Below, one piece after another: positions 35,501-45,789 of a stretch of 64,000 bases of DNA. The notes below the pieces were generated by a model, which saw only the letters and a program-made list of their open reading frames with translations, was not told where the DNA came from and searched no databases. Source of the stretch: Amoebophrya sp. A120 (Eukaryota > Protista > Dinoflagellata); assembly GCA_905178155.1 (NCBI GenBank), contig CAJINV010000006.1, positions 2,107,600-2,171,599 on the forward strand, written 5' to 3'. Both the position numbers and the translations under genes were made by a program. How positions within the stretch are numbered: position 1 is the stretch's first letter; each line of letters begins with the position of its first letter.

Positions 35501-38158
35501 ACCCTTCCAGACCCAGACATTTTTGCATTTGATATACCGCACGCCGAAACACTTCGAAAAGGCGCTGTTCAACAAAAAACACAAATTCCGGATCCAATTT
35601 GTGGACAACGCGAGTCAAATCGAGAACTGGCTCTCCGTATCAAATGTAAAAATGTCTGGGTCTGGGAACTTGTGATGCTGGGTAGCGTCTCATGATGAGG
35701 CTACAAATGCTGGCTCAGCATGAAAAGTTTCTGAGCTCCTAGGTGTTGCCTATTCTGCATGACAAACTGCGCTTCTGCATCACAGAAAAGCGCAGCTTTT
35801 GGGTAACGTGCATGCCAGATTTCAGAGTCATGCCAGGCAAGCATGACAAACATGAATTCTTCCAGACCCAGACATTTTTACAGGTGATACTCCGTTTGTG
35901 CAGTGTTTCTGGACCCGAAGATGGAAAACGACTGGCAGCTGAACGAGTACCCCTTCGCGAAGCACGTCCACTTGTTCACGGCGGTTAGAGGGTTTTTCGT
36001 AAACCATGAGAAAGCGCCGGTGAAGAGCACGATCTGCGCGAACTGCGACCTGAAGGAGTTAACCTTGCCGCAATCCGTCCGCTATCCTGTGCAACAGTAT
36101 CGTACTCGTACCAATGCAAGTTTAGCATTACAAATCTTGTTTCCATGGCAAATCTGCATTACAAATTTTATTTCTCATGCTGACGAAGTTTGTCATGCAT
36201 TTATACGAGTACGATACTTTTGCACAGGATATCCGCCACAAGGACGACCAAGTATTGGCGAACTTCTGGCTGGAAATGGAGCGATTTCTGCAAACGATAT
36301 GAAAGCCTCCGGTTGGAAATCCTCAAAGTGGAAATAATTTGCAATGCAAAAAACCACTCCAGTTGAAGCGCCACTTCTAGGCGGCGCATGACAAATTCCC
36401 CGGGCATCTCAAAGTATGTCTGTCATGCGGGTTAACGCAAAGGGGTGGTCTTCTCTCGTGCTAATCAGCATTCCAAGTCTGAACCCGTAGAAGGACAATA
36501 GGCGGCCTCCATTGCGTCCCCTGCAATACAGTCTTTTTTGCGTCGCATTTCATGCATCACAAATTATTTCCACCTTGAGGATTTCCATTCTGAGGCTTTC
36601 ATAAACGAGAAGTCACATGGCGTACATGCAGCCGAATTTGAAGTTGATTGACGCGGCAAGCGTGAAGCGGGTGGTGCCCAAACCCGACTGGACGGAGCAG
36701 CAGAAGAAGGAGTTTGAAGAGCGGGTCGAATCCAACAAACAGCTGCAACTGACCATCACGCACAACAATTTGGAAAACTCCGGGGCGGGCGTGATGGAGG
36801 TGGATAAGTCCAGGCCGCTGATTACCGAAACGATTGACAAAAATTTACTCATCGTCGACAAGGAATCCCTAGTATCCTGTGCAAAAGTATCTGATACTCG
36901 TATTGCAATCATGCATTACAAATTTTTTTCTCAAGGTAAATCTGCATTACAAATTTCACTTCTCATGCTGAGGGAGTTTGTGATGCATTTATAGATACGA
37001 GTGCGATACTTTTGCAGTTCATACCTGAACCCCCGGTTCTACCGACCTGATTTCGACCTGCAGCGAAAGCGAATGGGGAAACCAACCCTGGCGGAGGAGC
37101 AGCAGGCCCTACCGATCGCTCTGAAGCAAAAGATCGAGAAGGGAGAGAAGTTGACGCAAAAAGAGTTGAACGATTTGAACAAGGAGGGAAAAGTATTCCG
37201 AGGAAAAACGTCCCCACCTATCCAGAGTCATCAACTTGGGAAGTCTGCTAGACAAATCAACAAGCTTTGCTTGCTGCGCATGACAAATCTAACGAAGGCT
37301 CGCCGTAATGTAGTCCGATGTTTAGCTTCTAGCTCAGAAGCTGCATCACAGATCTAGCCTATCATGCTGATTCGAGCATCGCAATAAATCATCTCAAAAC
37401 ACGACTAGAATAAAACTATGCTTCTCAGCATGGGGCTCCGCATGACAAATATTTTCAGCATGCAGATTTGCATGACAAGTACGAGGTGGGGACGTTTTTG
37501 CACAGGATAGAAAGTGCCGGATTTCGATGCGGAGGATGAAAACGGCTTCGACTGGGCGGCACAGCCGATTGCCGCACACACCTTGGACATCGGCGCCGGG
37601 CGGCAGATATCAATTGCAACTATGTTGTCCGGGTCTGGATGAACACAGCTCAGGTGTTTGTCAAGCTGTCTCTGCTTGACTCTGAAGGTCTGGCATGCAA
37701 GCCCTAGCACGAACACAGGTTTTTGCAAGGCCTGCCAATGCGTGATCCGCATGACAAACTTCCGCTTTGTTCGGTGACAAGAAATAACGGGATAGTTTTC
37801 TTGCTGTTTATGCATGACAGATGATTTTCCTGTGATCTAAAATGCGCATCACAAGTCTGCATGTCTACTCCAGACCCAGACATATTTGCGATGCATAGGA
37901 GGTCAAGATGCACATCAACGACGAGGAGGACAAGACGAAATTTGACAAACAGATCATGAAGCTGATCGAAGACGTATTATTTGGCTTCTGATTTTTTTTC
38001 GATAGTTTCAATTTGTCAAACGACCCTTGTTTGATTGTATTTTCATGCTATTAATTTTTGAACAACTCCCATATACAACACAACATCATAAACAGTGCAT
38101 CCTCAAGAAGAAGAAGGAGGACAACAGACCGGAGTTTATCGGAAAGAAAACCAAATAG
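32571..38158 (+). CDS. CDC73: Cdc73/parafibromin (Paf1 complex) C-terminal-domain-containing protein; 5' and 3' limits uncertain
   Basis: Spliced 34855-36297 reads PVITIILPPRASSLINICNCMPFFEEHKW...FRIQFVDNASQIENWLSVCAVFLDPKMENDWQLNEYPFAKHVHLFTAVRGFFV...RHKDDQVLANFWLEMERFL, which follows the Cdc73_C motif order. The frame continues to TAG 38156-38158 if intron 37974-38094 is phase 0. Confidence 0.7.
32724..33005. mobile_element. Introner family F
   Basis: Family F TIRs; DR TCCAA/TCCAA. Confidence 0.9.
33803..34020. mobile_element. Introner family L
   Basis: TATCCCACGAAAAAACTGTTTC...GAAACAGTTTATTTTCCTTGCGATA; DR ATTTT/ATTGT. Confidence 0.75.
34306..34499. mobile_element. Introner family B containing a (GAT)n microsatellite
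   Basis: TATGCATCACAAAAGTATCG...CGATAGTTTTGTAATGCATA. Confidence 0.8.
34948..35205. mobile_element. Introner family A whose 3' end is identical to the upstream exon
   Basis: Family A core; DR CCGTT/CCGTT extends to 19 nt. Confidence 0.8.
35274..35534. mobile_element. Introner family A
   Basis: Family A TIRs; DR TACCG/TACCG. Confidence 0.9.
35638..35889. mobile_element. Introner family A (reverse-complement relative of 2238-2495)
   Basis: Family A TIRs; DR CTCCG/CTCCG. Confidence 0.9.
36083..36231. mobile_element. Introner family B
   Basis: Family B TIRs; DR TCCGC/TCCGC. Confidence 0.9.
36298..36603. mobile_element. Introner family G (opposite orientation to 26630-26934)
   Basis: Family G TIRs; DR AACGA/AACGA. 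Confidence 0.9.
36873..37023. mobile_element. Introner family B
   Basis: Family B TIRs; DR CCTAG/CCTGA. Confidence 0.85.
37194..37509. mobile_element. Introner family F
   Basis: Family F TIRs; DR AAAAG/GAAAG. Confidence 0.85.
37608..37897. mobile_element. Introner family A (degenerate)
   Basis: TATCAATTGCAAC...CCAGACCCAGACATATTTGCGATGCATA. Confidence 0.75.
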
Positions 38159-38240
38159 CTTGGCACCTCCCAATAGCAGCTCCTTTCCTTCTTCATCTTC
38201 GTCTTGCATTTGTTCAAACTTGTAAAATTGTCATGCACCT

Positions 38241-38391
38241 TATGCAATGTAAATTTCCTGTACATGTACAGAATGCATGACAGATTTCGCTAACTTGCTG
38301 TGTCCAACTTGTCATGCTACACTAGGATTGAAGGCAAGTTTTGTCATGGAGAGACTGCATTTGTACATGTACAGGAAATTTACTGTGGATA
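38241..38391. mobile_element. TIR element family M, in non-coding (intron or spacer) sequence
   Basis: TATGCAATGTAAATTTCCTGTACATGTACA...TGTACATGTACAGGAAATTTACTGTGGATA; DR CACCT/CACCT. Confidence 0.85.
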
Positions 38392-38490
38392 CACCTAGTA
38401 ATTCTATATTCATCTCCGGTGCTTTTTTGTACCAGTACAACCGTGTGACTGAACGCAGATGTTGAAAAAAAGAGAACAAGGCTCTTCTAG

Positions 38491-41400
38491 GAACAAGCCC
38501 TGGGAGGTGATGATTTTTTCCCCTGTACACGCTTTCGGAGGTGGAACGACAAAATAGGCCGGGAAGAACTCCACAAGGAGAACTTCGTGAAGTGGGTGAA
38601 CGACAACTTTGACTGTGACAAGGCCTATACGGCAGGGAAATTGCACGACGTTGGCTTTTATGCATTGCAGAAGTAACGTCCTAGTATAAATTGCATTACA
38701 AATTTTGGCAAGAAGAAAAGTGGAATTTGTAATGCTGTTTTAACTTAGGAGAGAGATTTATCATGCATATTTACAATTAGTACAAGCACGATACTTTTGC
38801 ACAGCATAGCTTTGGCCACGCACTAAAAACTGACATCGGCTACTACTACCACAAGGACATCAAGCTGGACGCGTTTAAGAGTAAGAAATACGCCAGACAC
38901 CGCTGTCGAATGAACTATCCTGAGTAAAAACGTCCGCCCCAAAGTCAAGATGGGGATTTTGCAACAGAAATCGAGAAGTTTTGGAATTCGGATTCACGCA
39001 TCACAAGCTGCAGTCCCGATAGTGTAGTGCAGGCTATAGCAAGGACAAACGCACCACAGATCCATCTACTTAGCCTGGTTACAGCATTGCAAATGCCAAA
39101 ACACGACTAGAAATGCCTCTCATGGAGATGCGCATTGCAAATCGATTCCTGTCATTGCGAGTCTGCATGACAACTCTGGGGTGGGGACGTTTTTACAAAT
39201 GATATTCACACCGAAGTAATGCTCGTGGAGTGGTACGACCGCCCCGGCGCAAAAATGATCAGCTACATCACAGTATCGAATGTAAAAATGTCTGGGTCTG
39301 GAAGAATGCAAGATTTGTGATGCAGGTTTTCCATGACCCATGAGGTCTGGAATGCGAGACCCAGCATGACAGATTTTTTGAGGTCTCTACCATGCCCTTC
39401 CTGCATGAGAAACTCCCTCTCAACTTGGTCAAAAGCGGCCAGCTTTTGGTACTCACGCAACACAGATTTTTGCATCATTCAGATTTAGCATGACAAGTTC
39501 TAACCTTGTTCCAGACCCAGACACTTTTACATTTGATACACAGCAGAAGACAAGGCCAAGCAGGAACGCGACGCAGAGTATGCTGCAGCGGAGAAGGCGC
39601 AAAAGCGAGCGGCCAGGGACGAGAAAAGAAAGGAGCATATCGTAAGGAAAAATCCCCCCTCCCCATATCAAAAAGGCAGCCTTTTGAAAATTTGTAATGC
39701 TGATTTGTGGTCACAAATTAGGTCAGTGTTGCAAGAGAGCAAGGCCAGAGCGTGCGCCGCCTTACGCAGGCGGTTTGTAATGATGCGCCAACAGGGCAGA
39801 GCAGACGTCTGCCATGCTGAGTGCCTATCTCTAGCCAGCCCCTTCCAGGCACTGTAAGCATCTGCCTGCAGTCCTCCTCTGGAAGACAAAGCTGATTTGT
39901 GCACACGAATCCCGCAACACAGATTGCCATTTTGATATGGGGGAGGATTTCTCAGTTCGATAAAACAGGAGAAAAAAAACGGTGGCGATTGGGACAACTA
40001 CAAGAAAAACGATGAATGGAAACAGTCTTCCAGCTGGCTATGCATTGCAAAAGTATCGTACTCGTAGTAATCCTAATCGCAATCATGCATTACAAATCTC
40101 CATCCCAAGGTAAAACAGCATGACAAATTCCATTTGTCATGCTGAGCTAATTTGTTTTGCAGTTACTACTAGGGCGATACTTTTGCAGTTCATACTGACA
40201 ACAAGGAAACAACACTTACAACTCGTCCAGCTGGAATAACAGCAGTGGAAACAACTACAATTCAGGAAACGACTGGAACCAGGGAGGTGGTGCTGGTTCT
40301 TGGGGTGCTGGCGACTGGAACAACAAAACGACTTCCGGGTACAACAATAATTCCTCAAGTTGGAACAATGACTACGGTAAAACTAGCTGGAAGAATGACG
40401 ATAAAAAAGACAACTGGGACAACAGTTACAACAAGTACGACAAAACTTCTTCCTACGAAAATGCTGACAAGAAGGCAGCGTCCTACAACGCGTTCAACGC
40501 CCCTGCCGCACCAGCGGGAGAGCCGAGTGATAAAAAGAATTCCTTCGAGGTTGAAGAGTCTGTTGTCCCCCGACCTGGTCGCGGCGGAAGCAAAGAAAAA
40601 GAGAGACAAAAGTCCCCAGAGCGAGGACGGGGAGGCAGTAAGGAGAAGGAGCGCGGTACTACGTCTGCTGCTAGCAGTTCTCAAAACAAGTTTCTCTTCT
40701 ACGAAGGTAGAAATGAGAACACCCGTCGAGAGGACGACGTGGAGCGGTACCATCGATCGAGTAAGTACAGGGAAGATTATCATGATAAAGATGACTACAA
40801 CTACCGGGGTGGCAGCAAGCACAAAGACTACAACCAGCCATCTCGGTACAGCCGCAGCCGGGGGCGGGATAGAGGAGCCAGGAGGTCAAAGGAAAAGGAG
40901 GACGAGAGAGACCGGTACGACCGCCGCGACCGTAGTCGATCCAAAGAAGTGAATAAAGAGGAAAACAACGGCCGGGGGAGGAGTCGGTATGGAAACAGAC
41001 GGGACGGGAGTAAGGACAAGGATATCAAAGACAAAGGGGATATCAAGAAAGAAACAACTACCTCCCGCGACGCAAAATCGAAAGCAAAGGACAATATCAC
41101 CGCCAAGGAAGAGAAGAAACCCCCACCTCCTCCGCCTGCTAAGAAGAAAGCTGCAGCTGCTGCGTCCTCTTCCTCAAGTTACAAACCCGGTGGCGGCGTG
41201 GAGGAATATTTGGCGGCGAAAGCGAAAAAGGAGGCTGAAGAGGCGGCGGCGGCAAGTGCGAGGGAGGTGAAATCTAGTCCGGTTATTGACTACACGAAGG
41301 TTAGAGCGGCGGATTTGTTGGCGGATGGAGACAGGTATGTTTATATTGCAATCATGCATTTACAAATCCTTTTCCTAACGTGAATCCGCATTACAAATTT

Positions 41401-41692
41401 CATTTCTCACGCTGAGGAAATCGAAATTTGTAATGCATTTATGCGAGTGCGATACTTTTGCAGTGGATACGTTTTTCATCGTCATGCCACCTGAACTTGT
41501 CATGCAAGTTGAACAAATCAAAATGAAAATCTTTCGAATCTGTGTTGCAACTTACTACTTATGTTGTAAACTATGAAACGAAACACGACAATCAATATGA
41601 ATATCAGCTTCAAGCTCGACAAGGCGGAGTCTGTGGCGAGTAAGAAGGAAGAAGAGAAGAAGCAGGTCAGTGTCAACATGGACGAGTTGTAG
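38491..41692 (+). CDS. Exon series encoding an N/S/W-rich then R/D/K-rich low-complexity protein; either the 3' part of the Cdc73 gene or a separate gene whose start I could not locate
   Basis: In-frame exons across 6 introners (EQALGGDDFFPCTRFRRWNDK...GDWDNYKKNDEWKQ...ERDRYDRRDRSRS...SFKLDKAESVASKKEEEKKQVSVNMDEL*). Stop TAG 41690-41692. Confidence 0.55.
38659..38808. mobile_element. Introner family B
   Basis: Family B TIRs; DR GCTTT/GCTTT. Confidence 0.85.
38916..39204. mobile_element. Introner family F
   Basis: Family F TIRs; DR TGAAC/TTCAC. Confidence 0.8.
39274..39538. mobile_element. Introner family A
   Basis: Family A TIRs; DR CACAG/CACAG. Confidence 0.9.
39638..39962. mobile_element. 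Introner family N
   Basis: TATCGTAAGGAAAAATCCCCCTCCCCATATCAAAA...TTTTGATATGGGGGAGGATTTCTCAGTTCGATA; DR GAGCA/AAACA. Confidence 0.75.
40039..40194. mobile_element. Introner family B
   Basis: Family B TIRs; DR CTGGC/CTGAC. Confidence 0.85.
41336..41469. mobile_element. Introner family B remnant at the 5' end of GT-AG intron 41335-41607
   Basis: Family B core and 3' TIR GCGATACTTTTGCAGTGGATA; 5' TIR eroded. Confidence 0.65.
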
Positions 41693-43139
41693 TGGGTGGA
41701 AAAGAACGGGAGAATTGTGTAACAAGCCGACGATGACGAGAACGCCGAAGGGAATAAACAAAAGTAGAACACGAAGCAAAAATGACCAAAATGCAGCCGC
41801 CCCTCCTCGTCATAAAAGCACGAGCACCTCTAATTATACAACCTGTATCACCAAAATAAAGCCGACGAAGAACCTTCACACTACTCCTTTCAGCACATCT
41901 GCAACAGCAACACCCAAGAAACGGAGGTTTCAAGCAGGATACCGACGAGGAGGAGGTTCCTGCGGGAGTAGAGACATTTTTAAGATTTTTACTCAGATTC
42001 GAAACAAGACAACTACCCACTTCAGGACTTTAAATAGGATTATAACATCAGAAAAACGATAAAAGTGACGTATTAGTCCCGAACTTTTACGCCAGAGAAA
42101 GGACGCTAATTTCAAAACCATGCAACAATAATAGATACTCTCATATACAAAAAAAACACCAAATGCGCGAAAAATTCTTTTTTTTTCATTTTTTCAACAC
42201 TAGGATTAGTCTGCGAGTTTGACAGGGGCGGGGGCGCAGATCTTCATGGGGAAATGAAGCAAGCGGCTTGTTTCTGTCGAACCGAAGAGAAAAATTGCAA
42301 TCGAAAGATAAGAATTCAACCACGACTGGGGTGAAGAAGAGGATGTGAAGACTTCGCCTAGATTGCATATACTTCTTTTTACGCACCCCTAGTACTAGCT
42401 CCACCAAAAAAATTGTGTCGTCTTTCACGACCTTTGCCTTTCCAGCACTCATCTGATAGCCAACTAGTAACTGTGTCACACCACGGCGCGACAAAAAGTT
42501 GATATTTGGATAAGTACAAAGTCGTATTTGCTCATTTTTCCGCCTCAGGAGATGAACTTGCTTCCGGCGCAAGCAGGCGCAGAAGATGAAACTATTGCTA
42601 AAGATGGGCAAAGAGAATCTTATCCAAGTCGCAGTCACTCGTTTATTTTACGCCGTTTATTATTCTTTGTCTTTGTCAACAGAAACAACAGGTGTATCAC
42701 CACAGGAATAGAATCACCTTGTTTAACGTCAGAATACAAATCTCAATTTTACGCTTGAAGACTTGTAATGCAGCTTTTTTGCATTCTCGAATGACCCTGT
42801 ACAAAAACATCCTTTGATAGGACGAGAAATGGAACTTTTCAATATTGTCTTTCTCTTGTACCTTTTGTTCATCACCAGCTTGTTTTGCAGCCGGCGCACC
42901 CTTGTGTCGTGTTGTAACTGCCAGCGCAACTGCAGGGGTTCAAAATCTTCTGATGGTCTTCGTCGACGTTGTTCTTCACAAGCAAGTGAGTTGTGATGAG
43001 CACCGGTCAGAGTTAAAGAAGGCAGTGCACTTTGAGACTCAGAAGAGAGATGTAGGAGATGAGATTGCAGACTGTTGCTTCCGAGTTAGGAACACATGAG
43101 GCGCAGACGACATGTCGAGCATGACGAGGATGAGCAAAG

Positions 43140-45150
43140 GAAAAGAGAGGAGGCGCGCGCGGGAGGGCGCGCAGCAGTGCGCCCATTTTGTTCGTCGTCG
43201 TGCGGAATGCACCCAAATTAGGCTCCGCTAGCGTTGGTGTGCAAGCTTCGAGCCGGCTTGCATTGTGCTTATTATCCGCACGCCGCCCGTCAAAGTGGGC
43301 GGCTTCGCCGGTCATTGCTGGTTTGGAAGGCGGGCGCAGAGCCTGGGTCTGTGATTCGTCCGCGAGGGGCGTCGCGGCGACGGTGACCTATCCGGAGAGC
43401 GGCGAGGAGAGGGCGCTCCTTTTTTGGCGCTATGACCTCTAAGTGTCCAGTCTGCCGCCCTGCCCGAGCATCTGGCCCTGCAAATACCGCAAGCGCCGCC
43501 GTTGCAACGCCGCACGCCGCGGGCGTTTGGGGCGTCTGCCGTTCATAAATTTGCCCCGCGGCCAGGCCCACCAAGGCAGGCCCCGTTGGGCCCAAGGCGC
43601 AGCGCCAATAGTGCGCCGAGCGGGGTGCTCTGCTTACCCTCGTAGGCCATCCAACTTTTAAGCAACCACCGCCGCGGGGCGACGTAGCTACCGAAAGAAT
43701 GGACGTCGGTCGGTGCGGGGGTGATGGAAGAATGGCTGGCAGCGCGTGGGATTGATTCGCGTCCCGAGGGGGCGAGGCAGATAATTGATTAGCCGCCCGC
43801 CCTGCCCGGGCGGGGGCCGGCAGGGGGGATCGATGGATGGATAGAAGACGCCCCGCCTCAAATGGCCTGGCGCAGCTGTAGAAATACGTGTGTGGGCGGT
43901 CCATTGGGTCCTGCCCATGCATTCAACTAGGACGGCGGGCGCAGGGGTTCCAGACCTCGTTTTCTTGCCGCGCGCGGCCCATCATGTTGCAATTAGTGGT
44001 GCGCAATCATGTCAAGTCAATGTATAACTTCGCCTCCTTCGTACATGTGTCATTTGGCGGGTTGACCTGTGTTATTCGTCGTTGATCTTGAGATGCCAAG
44101 AAGTGCTGCAGTGTTTAGAGAGCGTCTTTTAGGTTCTTGGGTCCTGGTGCGTGTGAGTGTTGAATGCTTGTTATTAAGATATCTCAGACAACGTTTGTTA
44201 TTTGGAAAAGCAGTGCGTGAGCTCTGGGCCTAAACGGTTGTGGGACCGCTCGAGAAGAAGTGACAGCGTGTGTTGACCCGCGGAGCAGGCAAAAAAGCGC
44301 TGAGCATGCCGCTCCGCCCCATGATTACTCTTATGGAAACTCGTTCTCCGTCTCCGTTTTGTTGGCGCCAGGAATGTGGTAAGCAGCGCCCAGGGCCGCG
44401 GCCCGTGGCCAGTAGTTGTCTGAGCCGTATCGCCAGAAGCAAGGGGCGCGCGGGCAAGCGTGGCGCCGGCGCGGCCCTCAGTTGCGGCATGCTTGTGGGG
44501 CCCTAATGGCGTCGGGTTGGTTGGGGCCCCCTCTGATTGCGCGCGGCCGGCCGCGTCAGGGGCGCCGTGTGGCCGTCGGCCCCGCGCGAAGACAATGAAA
44601 AGCGAGCGCATTCCGGAGGGGCGTGCCGCGCTCGCAACCCCAAGGACGGACCGAAAAAAGCGCGGCGGAAGGCGCGCCCCGTTTGCTCTCTGTGCCGGCT
44701 GGCGCGCTCTTGGTTGGGTCGGTGGCTGGGGTGTTTTTGTTGCCGCCCGCCCGTCCGCCCCCTCGGGCAGGGCGGAGGCCCGCCGCCTGCGCCCTGCCTG
44801 ACAGGCTGGCTGCTCCATCGTGGGCGCGCGGCAGGCCGCGCCGCCAGCCGGAAGCAAGGCGGACGGCCCGCCCGTGCGAGCGTGTCTGTATTGGCGCGCG
44901 CGCCCGCTGGCGTGCGTGCGTGCGTGCCCCATTGGCTTCCCATGTGTGCCCCTGCGCCCGCGCGGTGTCTGTGGTATTAATTCATCTCAATTGCCAGGGC
45001 CCGGCACGGTCGGCGGTGGCTGGGCGATGTGGTGGTCGTTGCACCCACCTGAAGCATTCGCCCCGGTGGCGCCCATGGATCCTTCCCCGGTGTGTTGGGC
45101 CCTGCCCTGGGCTGCCGTTAAAGTCAGAAAGAATGCCGGCGCGGCCGCTG
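43140..45150. other. GC-rich intergenic island(s) upstream of the gene at 45790
   Basis: Visibly very GC/CpG-rich, no introners; split by a lower-GC stretch at ~44000-44220. Confidence 0.6.
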
Positions 45151-45789
45151 CCTCCCAGTGTATCGTGCTCAGTGTCGCAGCGTAGCCATGATGCCACGAC
45201 AGATCCATCGAACGAAGGGAAGTCAGTCTATGATGCCACAACGCCGGCGTCGCCGCTGCTGCTGGAGGCAATGAATCATGGCAACGCGTTGTGTTGTGGG
45301 CATTGGTATGAATACAGTTTTGCCTGTTCTTCTGTCGCGGTGGTTTATTGCGACGAGTGGAAATAGATTAGATTCAAAAAAAAACGCTGACTCTTCGATA
45401 AGTGTTAAACGAGTGTGGCGCCTCAGGCACTTTGATTCTTGTTGGGAGATACACACCAAAGATGAGTCGTTTCGTCCACATTGAGATTGTGATGTTTGTG
45501 AGATTTTTGATCACCGAGAGAACCACATAGAATTGTCGTTCCGTCACGGCCATAAGTATTTCAGTCCTTGGCCCCGCAAATGTATACACATGAAAGTCGG
45601 TCAGAAACGTGTCACGAAGCAAAATCGACGTTGATATCGCTCTCTCAAAAAAAACACTCATACAAGAAGAAGTAGAAGAATGAACAATTGCATGAGCAAC
45701 TGCAACAGATAGAAGAACCGTACTAGGCGTAGTCAAAAACAAAAGCAGGACGAAGAACGAATTGCCAGTCCTCTCTGTTGAAAATCAAG

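Noticed and set aside
45180-45192. CGTAGCCAT resembling part of the dinoflagellate spliced leader
   Set aside because: Only 9 nt match, the TTTTGGCTCAAG remainder is missing, and it lies ~600 bp from the ATG.
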